Assembly: GCA_963763775.1 (NCBI GenBank)
Contig: CAVXPZ010000001.1
Span: forward strand, 384,001-448,000
Direction: 5' to 3'
Source of the DNA: an uncultured Chloroflexia bacterium
GTDB lineage: Bacteria; Chloroflexota; Limnocylindria; Limnocylindrales; CSP1-4
Length of the DNA: 64,000 bases
Below, piece after piece: positions 20,897 through 30,944 of the stretch. The notes beneath the pieces were generated by a model. The model was not told the DNA's origin and searched no databases. It was given only the letters and a program-made list of their open reading frames with translations. The position numbers and the translations under genes are program-made. How positions within the stretch are numbered: position 1 is the first letter of the stretch; every line of letters begins with the position of its first letter.

Positions 20897-21893
20897 ATGG
20901 GGACCGGTCGGGCCAGGGTCGCGGCCAGCATCCTCGATGCCGACCTGTCCAACCTCGCCTATGCCGTCCGGCGCGTCCAGAAGGCCGGCACGGACCGGAT
21001 CCACCTCGACGTCATGGACGGGCACTTCGTCCCGAACCTGACGTTCGGGGCCAAGACCATCAAGCACCTGCGGCCGCGGACCGAGCTGCCCTTCGACGCG
21101 CACCTGATGATCAGCGAGCCCGGGCCGGTACCTCGACCAGTACCTCGACGCCGGCTGCGACTCCATCACGATCCACGTCGAGATCGAGGAGCCCATCGAG
21201 CCGACGCTCCGGGCCATCCGCGCCGCCGGTCGTGCGGCCGGGCTGTGCCTGAAGCCCGACACGCCGCTCTCGGCCCTGGAGCCGTACGAGCAGCTGATCG
21301 ACATCGTGATGATCATGACGGTCGAGCCGGGCTTCGGCGGCCAGTCCTTCATGAAGGAGGTGGCGCGGGACAAGCTCCTCGCCGCCCGGCACTACCTCCG
21401 CCACAAGGCCCACGGCGGCGAGGTCCACGTCGACGGTGGGATCAATCGCGAGACCGCGGAATTCGCGGGCGGACTCGGCGTCGACATCCTCGTGGTCGGC
21501 TCGGCCCTGTTCATCAAGGGTCACGACATGGGACGCGAGATCCGCCTGATCCGAGCGCTCGCCGACGAGGGCTACCAGTACACGCTCAACGGCGGCGAGC
21601 CGCCCATCCCGCGCGACAAGATGGTCCGCTTCACCTCGTTGCCGAAGCACCTGGCACGGCCGCTCATGGACGAGATCGAGGCCGGTGGCGTCCCGGTGGT
21701 GATGCTCCGCGGCAGCGGCCAGATGAACCCGGACGGCGTCCGCGACTACGACCTCCTCGTGCCGGCGACGGTCGAGGCGCTCGTGGAGGACCGCCACGCC
21801 GCGGCGCGGGACGCGGCGCAGGCCGCCGCCGACGCCTGGCGCGACGCCTTCATCGCCGAGCACGGGGTGATCGCGCCGCCCGCGATGCCGTGA
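20897..21893 (+). CDS. rpe: Ribulose-phosphate 3-epimerase with ~110 aa C-terminal extension (probable frameshift near 21122)
   Basis: [43 protein letters not shown]. Confidence 0.92.
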
Positions 21894-22336
21894 GGGCACT
21901 CCTCCAGCGGGCGACCCGTGCGTCGGTCCGCGTCGACGGGGCCGTCGTCGGGGAGATCGGCCCGGGGCTCGTGGTGCTCCTGGGTGTCGGTCCGGACGAT
22001 GACGCGACGATCGCCGACGAGCTGGCGCGCAAGACCGCCGAGTTGCGGATCTTCCGCGACGAGGACGGCCGGACCAACCGTTCGGTGCTCGACGTCGGCG
22101 GCGGGGCGCTCGTGGTCTCGCAGTTCACGCTGTTCGCGGACACGCGCCGCGGCCGGCGACCCGGGTTCACGGGGGCGGCGCCGCCGGAGCTCGCGGAACG
22201 GCTCTATGCGCGGTTCGCGGCGACGTTGGAGGCGATCGGCGTGCCGGTCGCGACGGGTCGGTTCGGCGCCGAGATGGCGGTCGAACTCGTCAATGACGGC
22301 CCGTTCACCATCTGGCTCGACAGCGCCGAGCGCTGA
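21890..22336 (+). CDS. dtd: D-aminoacyl-tRNA deacylase
   Basis: MRALLQRA, VSQFTL, GRFGAEM, NDGPFT. Confidence 0.96.
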   Translation: MRALLQRATRASVRVDGAVVGEIGPGLVVLLGVGPDDDATIADELARKTAELRIFRDEDGRTNRSVLDVGGGALVVSQFTLFADTRRGRRPGFTGAAPPELAERLYARFAATLEAIGVPVATGRFGAEMAVELVNDGPFTIWLDSAER

Positions 22337-22355
22337 GGCGCCCGGAGGCGCGGGG

Positions 22356-22553
22356 CTACTTGGCCGACTTGGTCAGCGTGCGCCGGCAGCGGGTGCAGAC
22401 GAGCGACTTCGTCGGGACGCCCTTCAGGTCGATGACCAGGGGCTGGAGGTTCGGCTGCATCCGTCGGTGGGCTCGAACGCGGTTCATGCCCGACGACTGC
22501 GGGTTGAAACCGCCCATCGAAGCCTTGCCGCAGATCGCGCAGGAGCGGGCCAT
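22356..22553 (-). CDS. rpmB: 50S ribosomal protein L28 (zinc-ribbon form)
   Basis: MARSCAICGK...PNLQ...CTRCRR. Confidence 0.93.
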   Translation of the reverse strand: MARSCAICGKASMGGFNPQSSGMNRVRAHRRMQPNLQPLVIDLKGVPTKSLVCTRCRRTLTKSAK

Positions 22554-22687
22554 GCAGGGTCCTCAGGTGGTTCGGTTGGGAGGGACGAGCCGGGACCGGC
22601 CCGAACGGAAGCGGTAGGATACCACACGGCCTCCGGCGCCCTGCTCGGACGCCGCCCGCCGCGCCATGCGAGGAGGACGTCGCCCGC

Positions 22688-23110
22688 GTGCCACCCGTGA
22701 ACACCCCCGGCCGCTCGTTCGTCACGCGCCGCGCCGTCCTCGACGTGGTCCGCGCCGCGACGCTGGGCTCGTACGGTGTCACCGGCTTCGCCGCGAGCCC
22801 CGTCGGACGGCTCCTCGCCCGGCTCGACCTCGCCTACCCGGGTCTGACCGTGCGCCTCGGGGGCGGCCTCGACATCGAGCTCGACCTCGAGGTGGCGCTG
22901 GGCGTCCCGGTCGCCGAGGTCGCCCGCCAGGTCGATTCCGCGATCCGCTACGCCGTCGAGCGTTCGCTCGGCATCGGGGTCGATCGGCTCGTGATCCACA
23001 TCGACGGCCTGCGGGTCCATCCGGCCGGTGCCCCGCCCGTCGTGATCCCCGCGGACCCGACCGCGATCCGGCCACGCGACCTCGCCGACAGCGGGACGGA
23101 CGTCGCCTGA
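22688..23110 (+). CDS. Asp23/Gls24 family protein (YloU-like)
   Basis: SYGVTG...GVPVAEVARQV..AIRY; rpmB-yloU-yloV synteny. Confidence 0.8.
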   Translation: MPPVNTPGRSFVTRRAVLDVVRAATLGSYGVTGFAASPVGRLLARLDLAYPGLTVRLGGGLDIELDLEVALGVPVAEVARQVDSAIRYAVERSLGIGVDRLVIHIDGLRVHPAGAPPVVIPADPTAIRPRDLADSGTDVA

Positions 23111-24792
23111 TGACCCGCCGGGCCTGCGATGGGGCCGGACTCCTCGAGGCCTTCCGGGCCGCGGTCGCCAACCTCGAGGCCCACGTCGACGAGGTCAACA
23201 GCCTCAACGTCTACCCGGTCCCGGACGGCGACACCGGATCGAACATGCTCGCGACCGTCCGCGCGGCGCTCGATGAGGCCGAAGGCGTGGCGGGCGAGTC
23301 CGCCGAACGGGTCGCCGCCGCGATCAGCTTCGGGGCCCTCATGGGCGCCCGCGGCAATTCCGGGGTCATCACCAGCCAGATCTTCCGCGGGATGGCCGAG
23401 GCCCTCGGCGGCAAGCGCCGCTTCAACGGCCTGGACCTGGCGCACGCGCTGTCCGAGGGCGCCCGAACGGCCTACGGCGCGGTCGCCAAGCCGGTCGAGG
23501 GCACGATCCTGACGGTGATCCGCGAGTCCGCCCTGGCGGCCGTCGCCGCCGCCGAACACAGCGAGGACGTGGAGACGGTGCTGGCGGCCACGCTCGACGC
23601 CGCCGAGAAGTCCGTCGCCCGAACGCCGACGCTGCTCGCGATCCTGCGCGAGGCCGGGGTCGTCGACTCCGGGGGCCAGGGGCTCTACCGCCTGTTCCAG
23701 GGCGCGCTGCTGCACCTGGTCGGCCAGGCGCCGGCCGCGGCCGCCCGCGAGCGGACGCATACGGGACCGAAACCGTCGACGCTCGTCGCCCACGCGGACG
23801 AGGGCTTCGGCTACGAGACGATGTATCTGCTCCAGGCCAACGGGTCGCCCGCCCTCGACGTGGACGCGATCCGGATGCACCTCGAGTCGCTCGGCGAATC
23901 CGTGCTGGTCGCCGGCGACGCGCGGGCGCTGAAGATCCATGTCCACAACGAGCGTCCGGACCTCGTGATCGGGTTCGGCCTGTCCCAGGGGTCGCTGTCC
24001 CGGATCAGTGTGGAGAACCTCGACAACCAGGCGCGCGATGTCCGGGAGGCCAGGGCGGTCGAGTTCACCGCAGTCGCCGGCGCCGCGACCAACGGCCTCC
24101 ATGCGCCGAGGGCCGCCGCGCCCGGTGGCGAGACGCTGCCGCTCGGGGTCGTCGCGGTCGTGACGGGCGAGGGCCTGTCGGCGATCTTCCGCGACTTCGG
24201 CGTGGCGGCGGTCGTCCACGGCGGCCAGACGTCGAACCCGAGCACCGGCGAGCTGCTCGAGGCCGTGCGCGCGATCGACGCCCGCGAGATCCTGATCCTC
24301 CCGAACAACCCCAACGTCGTGCTGGCGGCTCGCCAGGTCGCGTCGATGATCGAGCGCCCGGTCGTGGTCGTGCCCACGCGCAATGCCGCGGAGGGCTTCG
24401 CGGCGCTGCTGGCCCTCGACCCGACGCTCGATGCGGCGGCGAACGCCGAGCCGATGACCGACGCCGGCCGGTCCATCCAGAGCGTGGCCGTGACCGAGGC
24501 CGTCCGCGATGCCACGATCGGCGGCAAGAAGGTCAAGCGCGGCCAGACCATCGCCCTCGACCCCGACGACGGCCTGATCGCCGTGGATGGCGACCCGGGC
24601 AAGGCGGTCCTCAAGGCGATGTCGGCGCTCCAGCCCGGCTACGAGCTGGTGACCCTCTTCTACGGCGACGGCGCGGACCTCGCGGAGGCCGAGGGGATGG
24701 CCCAGCGGATCGGGACCCTGCTGCCGGGGATCGAGATCGAGGTCCGCCACGGGGGCCAGCCCTACTACCGATACCTGATCGCGGCCGAATAG
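23110..24792 (+). CDS. fakA: DAK2-domain fatty acid kinase catalytic subunit (FakA/YloV)
   Basis: LNVYPVPDGDTGSNM, GARGNSGVI, VDSGGQG, GGQTSNPS, GGQPYY. Confidence 0.92.
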   Translation: MTRRACDGAGLLEAFRAAVANLEAHVDEVNSLNVYPVPDGDTGSNMLATVRAALDEAEGVAGESAERVAAAISFGALMGARGNSGVITSQIFRGMAEALGGKRRFNGLDLAHALSEGARTAYGAVAKPVEGTILTVIRESALAAVAAAEHSEDVETVLAATLDAAEKSVARTPTLLAILREAGVVDSGGQGLYRLFQGALLHLVGQAPAAAARERTHTGPKPSTLVAHADEGFGYETMYLLQANGSPALDVDAIRMHLESLGESVLVAGDARALKIHVHNERPDLVIGFGLSQGSLSRISVENLDNQARDVREARAVEFTAVAGAATNGLHAPRAAAPGGETLPLGVVAVVTGEGLSAIFRDFGVAAVVHGGQTSNPSTGELLEAVRAIDAREILILPNNPNVVLAARQVASMIERPVVVVPTRNAAEGFAALLALDPTLDAAANAEPMTDAGRSIQSVAVTEAVRDATIGGKKVKRGQTIALDPDDGLIAVDGDPGKAVLKAMSALQPGYELVTLFYGDGADLAEAEGMAQRIGTLLPGIEIEVRHGGQPYYRYLIAAE

Positions 24793-24794
24793 CC

Positions 24795-26981
24795 GTGGCC
24801 AAGACGGCCGCGGCGGTCCCGCCGCCCCCGACCGACCCGGTCGAGCTGCTCGCGACCCCCCTCGCGCGTTCCGGGCTGACCGCGGCGGCGCTCCTGCGGC
24901 GGGCCGGCATCCGGATCGGGGTCTACGACGTCCGGGACCTCCTGTTCCACCTGCCGCGGCGGTATGACGACCTCCGGGAGATGCACCACCTGGGCGACCT
25001 CGTGTGGGTCGAGCCCGGGACCGTGGTGTCGGCCCGCGTGCGGGTCGTCGACGTGCGGGTCGAGCCGAGCTTCCGGCGTCGGATCCAGCGGACGATCGCG
25101 AGCCTCGAGGACGACACGGGTTCGATCGACGCCACCTGGTTCGGTCGGCGGTTCATCGAACGACGCCTCAAGCTCGGCGGCGAGATCGTCGTCTCGGGCC
25201 GGGTCAAGCGGTTCGGACGGAACCTGACCCTCGACAACCCGGAGTTCCAGGCGGTCGAAGCCGACGGCGACGAGGTGCTGCACGCCGGCCGCATCGTCCC
25301 GGTCTACCGCTTGACCGGCGGCCTGACCGCGGCCCGGCTGCGGTCGGCGATGCGCGAGGCCCTCGACCGGGCCGGGTCGGGCTACCCGGAGTACCTGCCG
25401 GGCGACGTCCGAGCCGAGGAGTCCCTGATCGGGATCGTGCCCGCCCTGGAGGAAGCGCACTATCCCGCGAGGTTCGAGGGCCGCGACGCCGCCCTCCGAC
25501 GGCTCGCCTTCGACGAGCTCCTCGCGCTCCAGCTCGGCATGGTGTCGCGACGACGGCAGCGGGCGCGAGCCGCCGCGCCGGAGGTGGTCCTGGACGCCGC
25601 CGCGGACGAGGCGACCCGCGTGGCGCTGGCCGACGCCTTGTCCGTCCGCGTCGGTCGGGCCGTCTCGCTGACCGACGACCAGGAGCACGCGATCACCGCG
25701 ATCCGCGCCGACCTCGCCAAGCCGACGCCGATGCTGCGGCTGCTGCAGGGCGACGTGGGGTCGGGCAAGACCGCGGTCGCCGCGTACGCGCTCGCCGCCG
25801 CCGCGCGCGCGGGCCTCCAGGGCGCGCTCCTGGCGCCGACCGACCTGCTCGCGCGCCAGCACCTCGAGACCGTCGGCGCGCTCCTCGCCGACCTCGGCAT
25901 CGGCGTGACCCTCCTGACCGGCTCGCTCAAGGCGGACGCACGCGCGAAGGCCCTCGCGGACATCGGCACCGGCCAGGCGGCCGTGGTCGTCGGGACGCAC
26001 GCGCTGATCCAGGACAAGGTGACGTTCCGCGACCTCGGCCTCGTCGTGATCGACGAGCAGCACCGGTTCGGTGTCGGGCAGCGCGACGCGCTCGAGTCGA
26101 AGGCCGCGGGTCGCCCGCCGCACGTCCTGCTGATGACGGCGACGCCGATCCCGCGGACGCTGGGGCAGGTCCTGTATGCCGACCTGGACGTGTCGGACCT
26201 GCGGACGCCGCCAGCCGGTCGCGTGCCGATCCGGACCGGGATCCGCCGGCCGGACGAGCTGGACGGCACGTGGCAGAAGGTCCGCGACGAGGCCGCCGCC
26301 GGCCATCGGACGTTCGTCGTCGTGCCGCTGATCGACGAAGGGTCGGGGGAGAGCGAGGGCGCCGTCGCCGCCGAGAGCGAGGCCGTCCGGCTCCGCGACC
26401 TGCTCGCACCGCTCCGCGTGGGCCTGGTCCACGGGCGCATGCGGGCGGCGGACCGCGATGCCGAGATGACCCGGTTCCGCGACGGCGACCTGGATGTCCT
26501 CGTCGGCACGACCGTCGTCGAGGTCGGCGTGGACGTCCCGGCCGCGACCATGATGGTCATCGAGGGCGCCGACCGGTTCGGCCTGGCCCAGCTCCACCAG
26601 CTCCGGGGCCGCGTCGGGCGTGGCACGATCGAGTCCTTCTGCGTGCTCGTCTCCGACTCGGCGGACGAGGTGGCGATGGCGCGCCTCAAGGCCGTGGCCG
26701 AGCTCCACGACGGCTTCGAGCTCGCGGAACGGGACTTCGAGCTGCGGCGCGAGGGAGACGTCCTCGGCCTGGTCCAGAGCGGCCTGCCGCAGTTGCGGGT
26801 CGCGTCGCTGGCCCGCGACGACCATCGTGTGCTGGCGGTGCGGGCGCGCGCGCATGCCGAGGCGCTGGTCGACGACCGCGGCGTGCTCAGCGACCGCGTG
26901 CCGGCATTGCGCGCGGAACTCGAGACCGGCTGGCTGCGACGCATCGCGGCCGGCGACGCGGACCCCGATGTCGAGGACTGA
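24795..26981 (+). CDS. recG: ATP-dependent DNA helicase RecG
   Basis: QGDVGSGKT, DEQHRFG, TATPIPRT, QLHQLRGRVGRG. Confidence 0.97.
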   Translation: MAKTAAAVPPPPTDPVELLATPLARSGLTAAALLRRAGIRIGVYDVRDLLFHLPRRYDDLREMHHLGDLVWVEPGTVVSARVRVVDVRVEPSFRRRIQRTIASLEDDTGSIDATWFGRRFIERRLKLGGEIVVSGRVKRFGRNLTLDNPEFQAVEADGDEVLHAGRIVPVYRLTGGLTAARLRSAMREALDRAGSGYPEYLPGDVRAEESLIGIVPALEEAHYPARFEGRDAALRRLAFDELLALQLGMVSRRRQRARAAAPEVVLDAAADEATRVALADALSVRVGRAVSLTDDQEHAITAIRADLAKPTPMLRLLQGDVGSGKTAVAAYALAAAARAGLQGALLAPTDLLARQHLETVGALLADLGIGVTLLTGSLKADARAKALADIGTGQAAVVVGTHALIQDKVTFRDLGLVVIDEQHRFGVGQRDALESKAAGRPPHVLLMTATPIPRTLGQVLYADLDVSDLRTPPAGRVPIRTGIRRPDELDGTWQKVRDEAAAGHRTFVVVPLIDEGSGESEGAVAAESEAVRLRDLLAPLRVGLVHGRMRAADRDAEMTRFRDGDLDVLVGTTVVEVGVDVPAATMMVIEGADRFGLAQLHQLRGRVGRGTIESFCVLVSDSADEVAMARLKAVAELHDGFELAERDFELRREGDVLGLVQSGLPQLRVASLARDDHRVLAVRARAHAEALVDDRGVLSDRVPALRAELETGWLRRIAAGDADPDVED

Positions 26982-27540
26982 CGCCGGTCGGGTCATCGCG
27001 GGCCGGGCGCGCGGGATCCGGCTGGCCGGGCCCGGGCCATCCACGCGACCGATGGGGGACCGCGTGAAGCAGACCCTCTTCGCGATCCTCGAGCCGGACC
27101 TCGCCGATGCGCGCGTCTACGACCTGTACGCGGGCAGCGGCGCCGCCGGGATCGAGGCGCTGTCCCGGGGAGCGGCCGCAGGTGACGTTCGTCGAGCGCG
27201 ACGCCGACGCCGTGCCGGGTGATCCGGGCGAACCTCGAGCGGACGCATCTGGCGGACGCGGACGTCCGGATCGTGACCGAGACCGTGGCGCGCTGGCTCG
27301 GGAACCCGCCGCGCCAGCTCTTCGACATCGCGATCGTCGACCCGCCCTACGACCAGCCGGCCGAACTCCTCGAGGCGTTGCGCAAGGTCGGCCAGCATCT
27401 CGAGACGGGTGGTCGCGTGGTCGCCAAGCACGGGTCGGGCGACCACGCCACCGCGAACGGTCGGGCTGCTAGCATCGGAGCGCGAGCGCCGGTTCGGCGA
27501 GACCACGCTCACGTTCTACCGGCGTCAGGAGGAGCCATGA
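26968..27540 (+). CDS. rsmD: 16S rRNA m2G966 methyltransferase (several probable frameshifts)
   Basis: RVIAG..RG, DLYAGSG..GIEALSRG, VDPPY and ERRFGETTLTFY spread over different frames. Confidence 0.88.
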
Positions 27541-28034
27541 GCGTCGCGGTCTACCCGGGCTCGTTCGACCCCGTCACGAACGGTCACCTCGACATCCTGT
27601 CGCGCGCGGCCACGGTGTTCGACCGGGTCATCGTCGGCGTACTCGCGAACCCGCGCAAGACCCCGCTCCTGTCGGCCGATGTCCGGATGACCGTGCTCCG
27701 CGAGGCGATCGCGGCGCTCGTGGTCCCGGGCGACAGCCGGATCGAGGTGGCGGCCTTCGACGGCCTCACCGTGGACTTCGGCCGAGCGAACGGGGCCACG
27801 GCCATCGTCCGCGGACTCCGGGCGATCAGCGACTTCGAGACCGAGATGCAGCTCGCCCACAACAACCGGGTCCTCGCCCCGGATATCGACACGGTCTTCT
27901 TCATGACGTCGGTCGAGAACGGCTACGTGAGTTCGAGTCTCGTCAAGGAGATCGCGGGCTTCGGCGGCGACGTCTCGACGATGGTCCCGGCGGCGGCGCG
28001 GATCGCCCTCGGCGAGGCCCTCGCGCGGCGCTGA
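27537..28034 (+). CDS. coaD: Pantetheine-phosphate adenylyltransferase
   Basis: YPGSFDPVTNGHLD, VRGLR, SSSLVKE. Confidence 0.97.
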   Translation: MSVAVYPGSFDPVTNGHLDILSRAATVFDRVIVGVLANPRKTPLLSADVRMTVLREAIAALVVPGDSRIEVAAFDGLTVDFGRANGATAIVRGLRAISDFETEMQLAHNNRVLAPDIDTVFFMTSVENGYVSSSLVKEIAGFGGDVSTMVPAAARIALGEALARR

Positions 28035-28117
28035 CGGGACGCTGTGGGCCGGGCTCGCGTGCCATACTTGGGGCCACGCGTGCGGGGACCCGAGCGCCGA
28101 GCCAGGAGGGCACTCCG

Positions 28118-28651
28118 ATCGACATCATCTTCCTCGTCGAGCGCCTCGAGTCGCTCATCGCCAACGGGAAGAAGCTCCCCCTGACGACCAACGTCGTCGT
28201 CGACCAGAACGCGGCGCTGGGGCTCATCGACGAGCTCCGGGTCGCGGTCCCCGAGGAGGTCCGGGCGGCCAAGCGGATCAACGCCGAGGGCGAGCGGATC
28301 ATGGAGAAGGCCCAGGACGAGGCCGAGCGGATCGTCGCCAAGGCGCAGGAGCAGGCGGCGTTCCTCATCGACGAGCGTGGCCTCACCGAGGCGGCGCAGG
28401 CCGACAGCCAGCGGATCATCGCCGGGGCACACCAGGACGCCGACGAGATCCGGCGCGGCGCCGACGAATACGCGGTCAGCGTCCTGGTCGGCCTCGAGGG
28501 CGACGTCGTCAAGACGCTCCAGAGCATCAAGAAGGGCATCGCCATGCTCGACGAGCGACGCGCCCAGGTCCTCGAGGCGGACGAGGTCGCCGAGGGCGAG
28601 CCGATGTGGGCGGACGAGGAAGAGGACGCGTCCCAGCCACTCCGGCCATGA
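28118..28651 (+). CDS. Coiled-coil protein (DivIVA-like / ATP synthase b-like) between coaD and yceD; apparent ATC start
   Basis: Coding-like open frame from ATC 28118 (IDIIFLVERLESLIANGKKLPL...), in frame with ORF 28301; SD AGGAGG upstream. Confidence 0.8.
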   Translation: MDIIFLVERLESLIANGKKLPLTTNVVVDQNAALGLIDELRVAVPEEVRAAKRINAEGERIMEKAQDEAERIVAKAQEQAAFLIDERGLTEAAQADSQRIIAGAHQDADEIRRGADEYAVSVLVGLEGDVVKTLQSIKKGIAMLDERRAQVLEADEVAEGEPMWADEEEDASQPLRP

Positions 28652-29202
28652 CCGCCCGCCCGCCCGACGGGCCGCTCACCTGGAACGTGGCCGGTCTCCT
28701 CGCCGATGACGTCGGCGCGACCCGCGACCACGCCGTGGCCGACGTCCGGATCGCCCTGCCCGACGGCCTCATCCTCGCCGATCCCATCGCGGGTCGCGTG
28801 CGACTGACCCGCACCAATCGGGGCGTGCTGGCGAATGCCACGATGACGACGGCGCTCGATGCGGTCTGCAGCCGATGTCTCCGGCCCGTCCGGGTCCCGC
28901 TCGAGCTCGTCATCGACGAGGAGTACCTGCCCTCGCTCGACCTGGCCACCGGGGCGCCCGTCGCCACCGACGACGAGCCGGACGCCCTGCGTCTGACCGA
29001 CCACCACGAGCTCGACCTCGAGCCGCCGGTCCGCGACGCGATCATCATCGCGGAGCCGATCGCCCCGCTCGACCGGCCCGATTGCCCGGGCCTCTGCATC
29101 GTCTGCGGTGAGCCGCTCGACGAGGGCGTCCACGACCATCCCGACGACGACATCGACCCGCGCCTCGAGGCCCTGCGGGGGTTCCAGGCCGACGACGCCT
29201 GA
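28648..29202 (+). CDS. DUF177/YceD family metal-binding protein
   Basis: CSRCL, DCPGLCIVCG, DPRLEAL; precedes rpmF. Confidence 0.9.
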   Translation: MTARPPDGPLTWNVAGLLADDVGATRDHAVADVRIALPDGLILADPIAGRVRLTRTNRGVLANATMTTALDAVCSRCLRPVRVPLELVIDEEYLPSLDLATGAPVATDDEPDALRLTDHHELDLEPPVRDAIIIAEPIAPLDRPDCPGLCIVCGEPLDEGVHDHPDDDIDPRLEALRGFQADDA

Positions 29203-29312
29203 CGGTCGGCCTCGTTTCGCGGTAGACTCCGCCGTCGGCGCGGCGCCGTGCCCGAGCGGGATCCACCGGCCGCCAGCGACCTCCAACGTTCTGACAAGGA
29301 GCCCACGACCCC

Positions 29313-29513
29313 ATGGGTGTACCCAAGCGTCGCGTCTCGCATGCCCGCCAGGGCGAGCGCCGCGCGCATCAGGCCATCGGCCTGCCGAACCTCGAGGAGT
29401 GCACGCACTGCCACGAGATGAAGCAGCAGCATCACGTCTGCCCGAACTGCGGCTACTACAACGGCCGCCTGGCGATCGACCTCAAGCCAGCCGGCGACGA
29501 CGCCGCCCGCTGA
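29313..29513 (+). CDS. rpmF: 50S ribosomal protein L32
   Basis: MGVPKRRVS...CTHC...HHVCPNCGYY. Confidence 0.96.
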   Translation: MGVPKRRVSHARQGERRAHQAIGLPNLEECTHCHEMKQQHHVCPNCGYYNGRLAIDLKPAGDDAAR

Positions 29514-29517
29514 CCCC

Positions 29518-30633
29518 GTGACGGTGCCTCGGTCCGCCCCGTCCGAGGCCGCGACCGGCAGCGTCCGCGTCGCCATCGACGCGATGGGCGGGGATCACGG
29601 CCCATCCGAGGTCGTGCCCGGCGCCCTCGCGTTCGCCAAGGCCCATCCCGACGACCGGCTGATCCTCGTCGGCGACGAGACCGTGCTGACGGACCTCGCC
29701 GGCACGCTCCCGTCGAACGTCTCCATCGTCCACGCCTCGCAGGTGATCGGCATGGACGAGCATCCGGCCCTGGCCCTCCGTGAGAAGAAGGACGCGTCCA
29801 TCCTGGTCGCCACGGACCTCGTCCGGCGCGGGGACGCGGATGCCGTCGTGACCGCGGGCCACACGGGCGCCGGCATGGCGGCGGCGGTCCTGCGCCTCGG
29901 CCGCCTCCGGGGCGTCGATCGCCCCGCGCTCGCGGTCCAGATGATCACGGACTCCGGGCCGATGGTCCTCCTCGACATCGGCGCCAACCCCGACTCCACC
30001 GCGGAGAACCTCGCCCAGTACGCGCGCATGGGGGCGATCTTCGCCGAGCGCGTGATGGGCGTCCCGAACCCACGGGTCGCCCTCCTCTCCATCGGCGAGG
30101 AGAAGGGGAAGGGCGACGCGCGGATCCAGCGGGCGACCGAGCTCCTGGACGCCTCGGGGCTGCGGTTCGAGGGCAACGTCGAGGGCAAGGACCTCACGAA
30201 GCACATGGCCGATGTCGTGGTCTGCGACGCGGTCCTGGGCAACGTCGTCATCAAGTTCTTCGAAGGCCTCTCGACGTTCATCTTCGACCTGTGGCGCACC
30301 GAGTTCGGCCGCGGCCTCCGCGGCAAGCTGGCGTACGGGCTCATGCGTCCCGGCGTCGACCGGATCCGGACCGTCTTCGACTATGAGAAGGTCGGCGGCT
30401 CCCCCCTGCTGGGCGTCCGAGGGACGGTGATCATCACGCACGGCCGGGCGAAGCGGCGCATGGTGGAATACGCGTGCGAGGTCGGTGCGACGACCGCCCG
30501 GCAGCAGGTGCCCCAGCGGATCGCGGACGCGCTCGCGGAACACGGGGCGGCGATGGACCCGGGAGCCGGCGATGGCGCTGGTCAGGACGGGCCGGATCGG
30601 ACCGACCCGGCCCGCGAGGAGGTGGCGACATGA
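29518..30633 (+). CDS. plsX: Phosphate acyltransferase
   Basis: AIDAMGGDHGP, DRPAL, LDIGAN, EGNVEG, GSPLLGV. Confidence 0.96.
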   Translation: MTVPRSAPSEAATGSVRVAIDAMGGDHGPSEVVPGALAFAKAHPDDRLILVGDETVLTDLAGTLPSNVSIVHASQVIGMDEHPALALREKKDASILVATDLVRRGDADAVVTAGHTGAGMAAAVLRLGRLRGVDRPALAVQMITDSGPMVLLDIGANPDSTAENLAQYARMGAIFAERVMGVPNPRVALLSIGEEKGKGDARIQRATELLDASGLRFEGNVEGKDLTKHMADVVVCDAVLGNVVIKFFEGLSTFIFDLWRTEFGRGLRGKLAYGLMRPGVDRIRTVFDYEKVGGSPLLGVRGTVIITHGRAKRRMVEYACEVGATTARQQVPQRIADALAEHGAAMDPGAGDGAGQDGPDRTDPAREEVAT

Positions 30634-30944
30634 GTGGCCATGAGCTGACCGTCGGGACGACCGTGATCGCCGAGCTGGTGCGCCTCGCCGCCCTCGAGGT
30701 CCCGGGCGTGGCCCGAGTCGGGCGAGGCGGCGCGCCATGGCGACGGCTGCTCGGCGGTCCGGCCGTCCGCGTCCGCCTTCGCGACGAGCACGTGATCGTC
30801 CGGCTGTGGGTCGTGGCCCGTCCCGGACAGTCGCTCGGCGACCTCGCGTCGCAGGTGCGCGCGGCCGTGGCGGCCACGGTGGAGCGCCTGCTGGGCCTCG
30901 ACCTCGGCGACGTCACCGTCCTGGTGGACGGTGTCGGGGGCTGA
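30630..30944 (+). CDS. Asp23/Gls24 family protein (YqhY-like)
   Basis: VIAELVRLAALEVPGVARV...QVRAAVAATVE; directly upstream of nusB. Confidence 0.75.
   Translation: MSGHELTVGTTVIAELVRLAALEVPGVARVGRGGAPWRRLLGGPAVRVRLRDEHVIVRLWVVARPGQSLGDLASQVRAAVAATVERLLGLDLGDVTVLVDGVGG

Noticed and set aside
19754-22336. 860-aa ORF joining RlmN, Rpe and Dtd fragments
   Set aside because: Chance in-frame chaining caused by frameshifts and scarce stop codons; each gene has its own start and stop.
3937-29513. Zinc-binding (C+) forms of S18, L28 and L32
   Set aside because: Real, but this is the ordinary ancestral state and not novel.
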